Below, piece after piece: positions 62,092 through 64,000 of a stretch of DNA of 64,000 nucleotides (position 1 is its first letter; each line of letters starts with the position of its first letter). This stretch comes from Tubulanus polymorphus (Eukaryota; Animalia; Nemertea), in contig NC_134027.1 in assembly GCF_964204645.1 (NCBI RefSeq), positions 17,942,560 through 18,006,559 of the forward strand, given 5' to 3'. The notes under the pieces are model-generated. The model did not search any database and was not told the DNA's origin. It saw only the letters and a program-made list of their open reading frames with translations. Made by a program: the position numbers and the translations under genes.

Positions 62092-62937
62092 ATGGAAGGA
62101 GGTAAAGTATATAAACATATTCCATACATCGATACAAATGAAAATAATGATGGTTTATATTATGTAATACCTTGTAATATTGCTTTGATATTTGATCCCA
62201 TTTTCAAAATTTATAAAACTAAACTAATAGAAATCGATAATAATAAAAGTGAAGTTGTTGATAATTTAAATAATGTAATACCTTCTACATCTAATAATGT
62301 AATACCTTCTACATCTAATAATGTAATACCTACTACATCTAATAATTTAATACCTACTACATCTAATAATGTAATACCTTCTACATCTAATAATGCAATA
62401 CCTTCTACATCTATTAATGCAATACCTTCTACATCTAATAATGCAATACCTTCTACATCAAATAATGAAATAATATTAAATATTAGCGAAAATAGAAATT
62501 ATTGTGATTATTGTAAAGGTGAATTTTCAAACGCTCCATCAAATTGGAATAAACATATGAATACAAAGGTACATATTACTAAGGTTATAGAACGTGTTGG
62601 TTTAAGAGAATTTATAGAACACCCATTTATATATGTTACAAAATTTGTTTCAAATAAAAAAGTAAATGGTAAAGAATTATATGAAGATTTAATATTAGCA
62701 ACGCCTAATAAAGATGAATTAGATTTAACCGATGCTAATAAAATATTAGGATCAAACACTGTAAATGAAATATTAGGAACAAACACTAATAAAGATGATA
62801 ATGAAAATATCGTTACAGATAAGCATATTGATAATAAAGATTCTATGAAACATAAAGTAGAAAATAATGATAATTTTGATTGGATGAATAAGCATAACAA
62901 TGAAACAACTATTGATGATGCGGTAAAAAAAGGGTGA
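62092..62937 (+). CDS. Hypothetical protein with (NNVIPSTS)x8 repeat and a Zn finger
   Basis: 24-bp tandem repeat 62269-62460; CDYC..H..H; TAAATG start. Confidence 0.7.
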   Translation: MEGGKVYKHIPYIDTNENNDGLYYVIPCNIALIFDPIFKIYKTKLIEIDNNKSEVVDNLNNVIPSTSNNVIPSTSNNVIPTTSNNLIPTTSNNVIPSTSNNAIPSTSINAIPSTSNNAIPSTSNNEIILNISENRNYCDYCKGEFSNAPSNWNKHMNTKVHITKVIERVGLREFIEHPFIYVTKFVSNKKVNGKELYEDLILATPNKDELDLTDANKILGSNTVNEILGTNTNKDDNENIVTDKHIDNKDSMKHKVENNDNFDWMNKHNNETTIDDAVKKG

Positions 62938-63344
62938 AGAATAAGTATAAAAATAAAACAACTATTGATGTAGAATCGGTAGAGCATTTGAATAAATTGT
63001 TGGGGTCTGATAATGAATTGGAGAGTGATGATGAAAGTGATTAAGATATTAATTATATTTAACTCAAATAATAATATTAGTTGAAAATTGTATAAAATAA
63101 TAGTAAATAAAAAGGGTGTTTTAGGTATTTAAGGTATCTAATACATATCTAATACAATCTAATACAATCTAATACATAAAATATCTTATTTTATAAACTT
63201 ATATTCATATGGAAATTGAAACCTAAGTAATAATAAATAACCTTTATTATTTTCAAACTTATTCATATATTAGTTGAAAAAATAAAAATAAATTGGTTGA
63301 AAATTGTATAAATAATATTTATTTAAAAAAGGGGTTTTAAGTAT

Positions 63345-63425
63345 TTAAGGTATCTAATAGGGTATCAGGTATTAGGGTATCTAATAGGGTATCAGGTATT
63401 AGGGTATCTAATAGGGTATCTAATA
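63345..63425. repeat. 27-bp tandem repeat GGGTATCTAATAGGGTATCAGGTATTA
   Basis: About three copies just 3' of the ATPase. Confidence 0.8.
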
Positions 63426-63442
63426 CATAGGTATATAAATAG

Positions 63443-64000
63443 TTATTTTATAAATTTATATTCATATGGAAATTGTAATCTCAGTAATAATTTTGAACCT
63501 TTATTATTCTTTAATTTATTCATATATTCATCATGTAATTCAGTAGGTATAATTTGATTTTCTTCCAATGATTGTTGCATAGATTTTTTATCTTTGTTAT
63601 AAAATAAAACTAGAAATCTTATATTCTCCCTAAAGTCTTTAACAATTGAATTATATTTTTGATTTAAAACCCATGTTGTTATCCCAAAATGTCTCCCAGA
63701 GAAAGCTGAGTAACATAACTCACTTTCTCTCACTTTTGAATCATGTAAATTTGCGCAATCATCTATAATGAATAATGTATTTGATCCTTTATAAGTATCA
63801 ATTGCTATTTTTTTACAATTATCTAAATTTTCTTTTACTATTTTAGGATCTAATATAATAAGCTTTTTCATCTTAACTATATCTCTATTATATGTTTTAT
63901 TCATTTCATAAGTAGGACAGAATAATTTTATATTATCAAAATGATTCTTATAAATAGTTTCTAACAAATCTAATATGAAATGTGTTTTACCACAATTGGT
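63443..64000 (-). CDS. A32-like packaging ATPase (5' end outside the window)
   Basis: NCGKT at the window edge, FIIDD, SGRH; close homologue of 52185-52793. Confidence 0.9.
   Translation of the reverse strand, partial: TNCGKTHFILDLLETIYKNHFDNIKLFCPTYEMNKTYNRDIVKMKKLIILDPKIVKENLDNCKKIAIDTYKGSNTLFIIDDCANLHDSKVRESELCYSAFSGRHFGITTWVLNQKYNSIVKDFRENIRFLVLFYNKDKKSMQQSLEENQIIPTELHDEYMNKLKNNKGSKLLLRLQFPYEYKFIK

Larger units (their letters stand above)
59255..64000. mobile_element. Polinton copy 3, fragment running off the window
   Basis: Large coiled-coil gene, MCP, repeat protein and minus-strand ATPase; homologous to copy 2. Confidence 0.88.

Noticed and set aside
59765-62987. Minus-strand ORFs such as 59765, 60099, 62508 (also 27480, 29271, 42234, 43097, 53511)
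   Set aside because: Antisense shadows of AT-rich viral genes
23880-64000. Free virus or bacterial/phage contig
   Set aside because: Viral segments are pseudogenised, one has a TSD, and all are interleaved with intron-containing eukaryotic transposons

Overview
AT-rich eukaryotic DNA, most likely from an invertebrate animal (spliceosomal introns and metazoan transposon families are present). No host gene is recognisable. The window is a nest of mobile elements dominated by a cluster of related, decaying Polinton/Maverick (adintovirus-like) proviruses. These comprise a dispersed fragment (8452-9113 plus 18488-21290), truncated copy 1 (~23880-32290), copy 2 with both ends (39295-54475; terminal inverted repeats (TIRs), 6-bp GATATC target-site duplication (TSD), pPolB, penton, partial MCP, integrase, packaging ATPase) and copy 3 (~59255-64000, full-length MCP locus). 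Between and inside them are a LINE, an ISL2EU-type element, an Ngaro/DIRS fragment, MITEs, Helentron-like elements and a 31-bp satellite. The main result is three giant-virus/poxvirus-like traits in these Polintons. (1) A ~353-aa LAGLIDADG intein sits in the catalytic YxD|TD motif of the copy 2 pPolB, while copy 1 carries the empty site. (2) Copy 2 has a zinc-finger protein fused to a VLTF3-like late transcription factor domain. (3) Almost every viral gene starts at TAAATG. Together these suggest an endogenous virus adapted to a cytoplasmic NCLDV helper. All family assignments are by eye from motifs; no searches were run.
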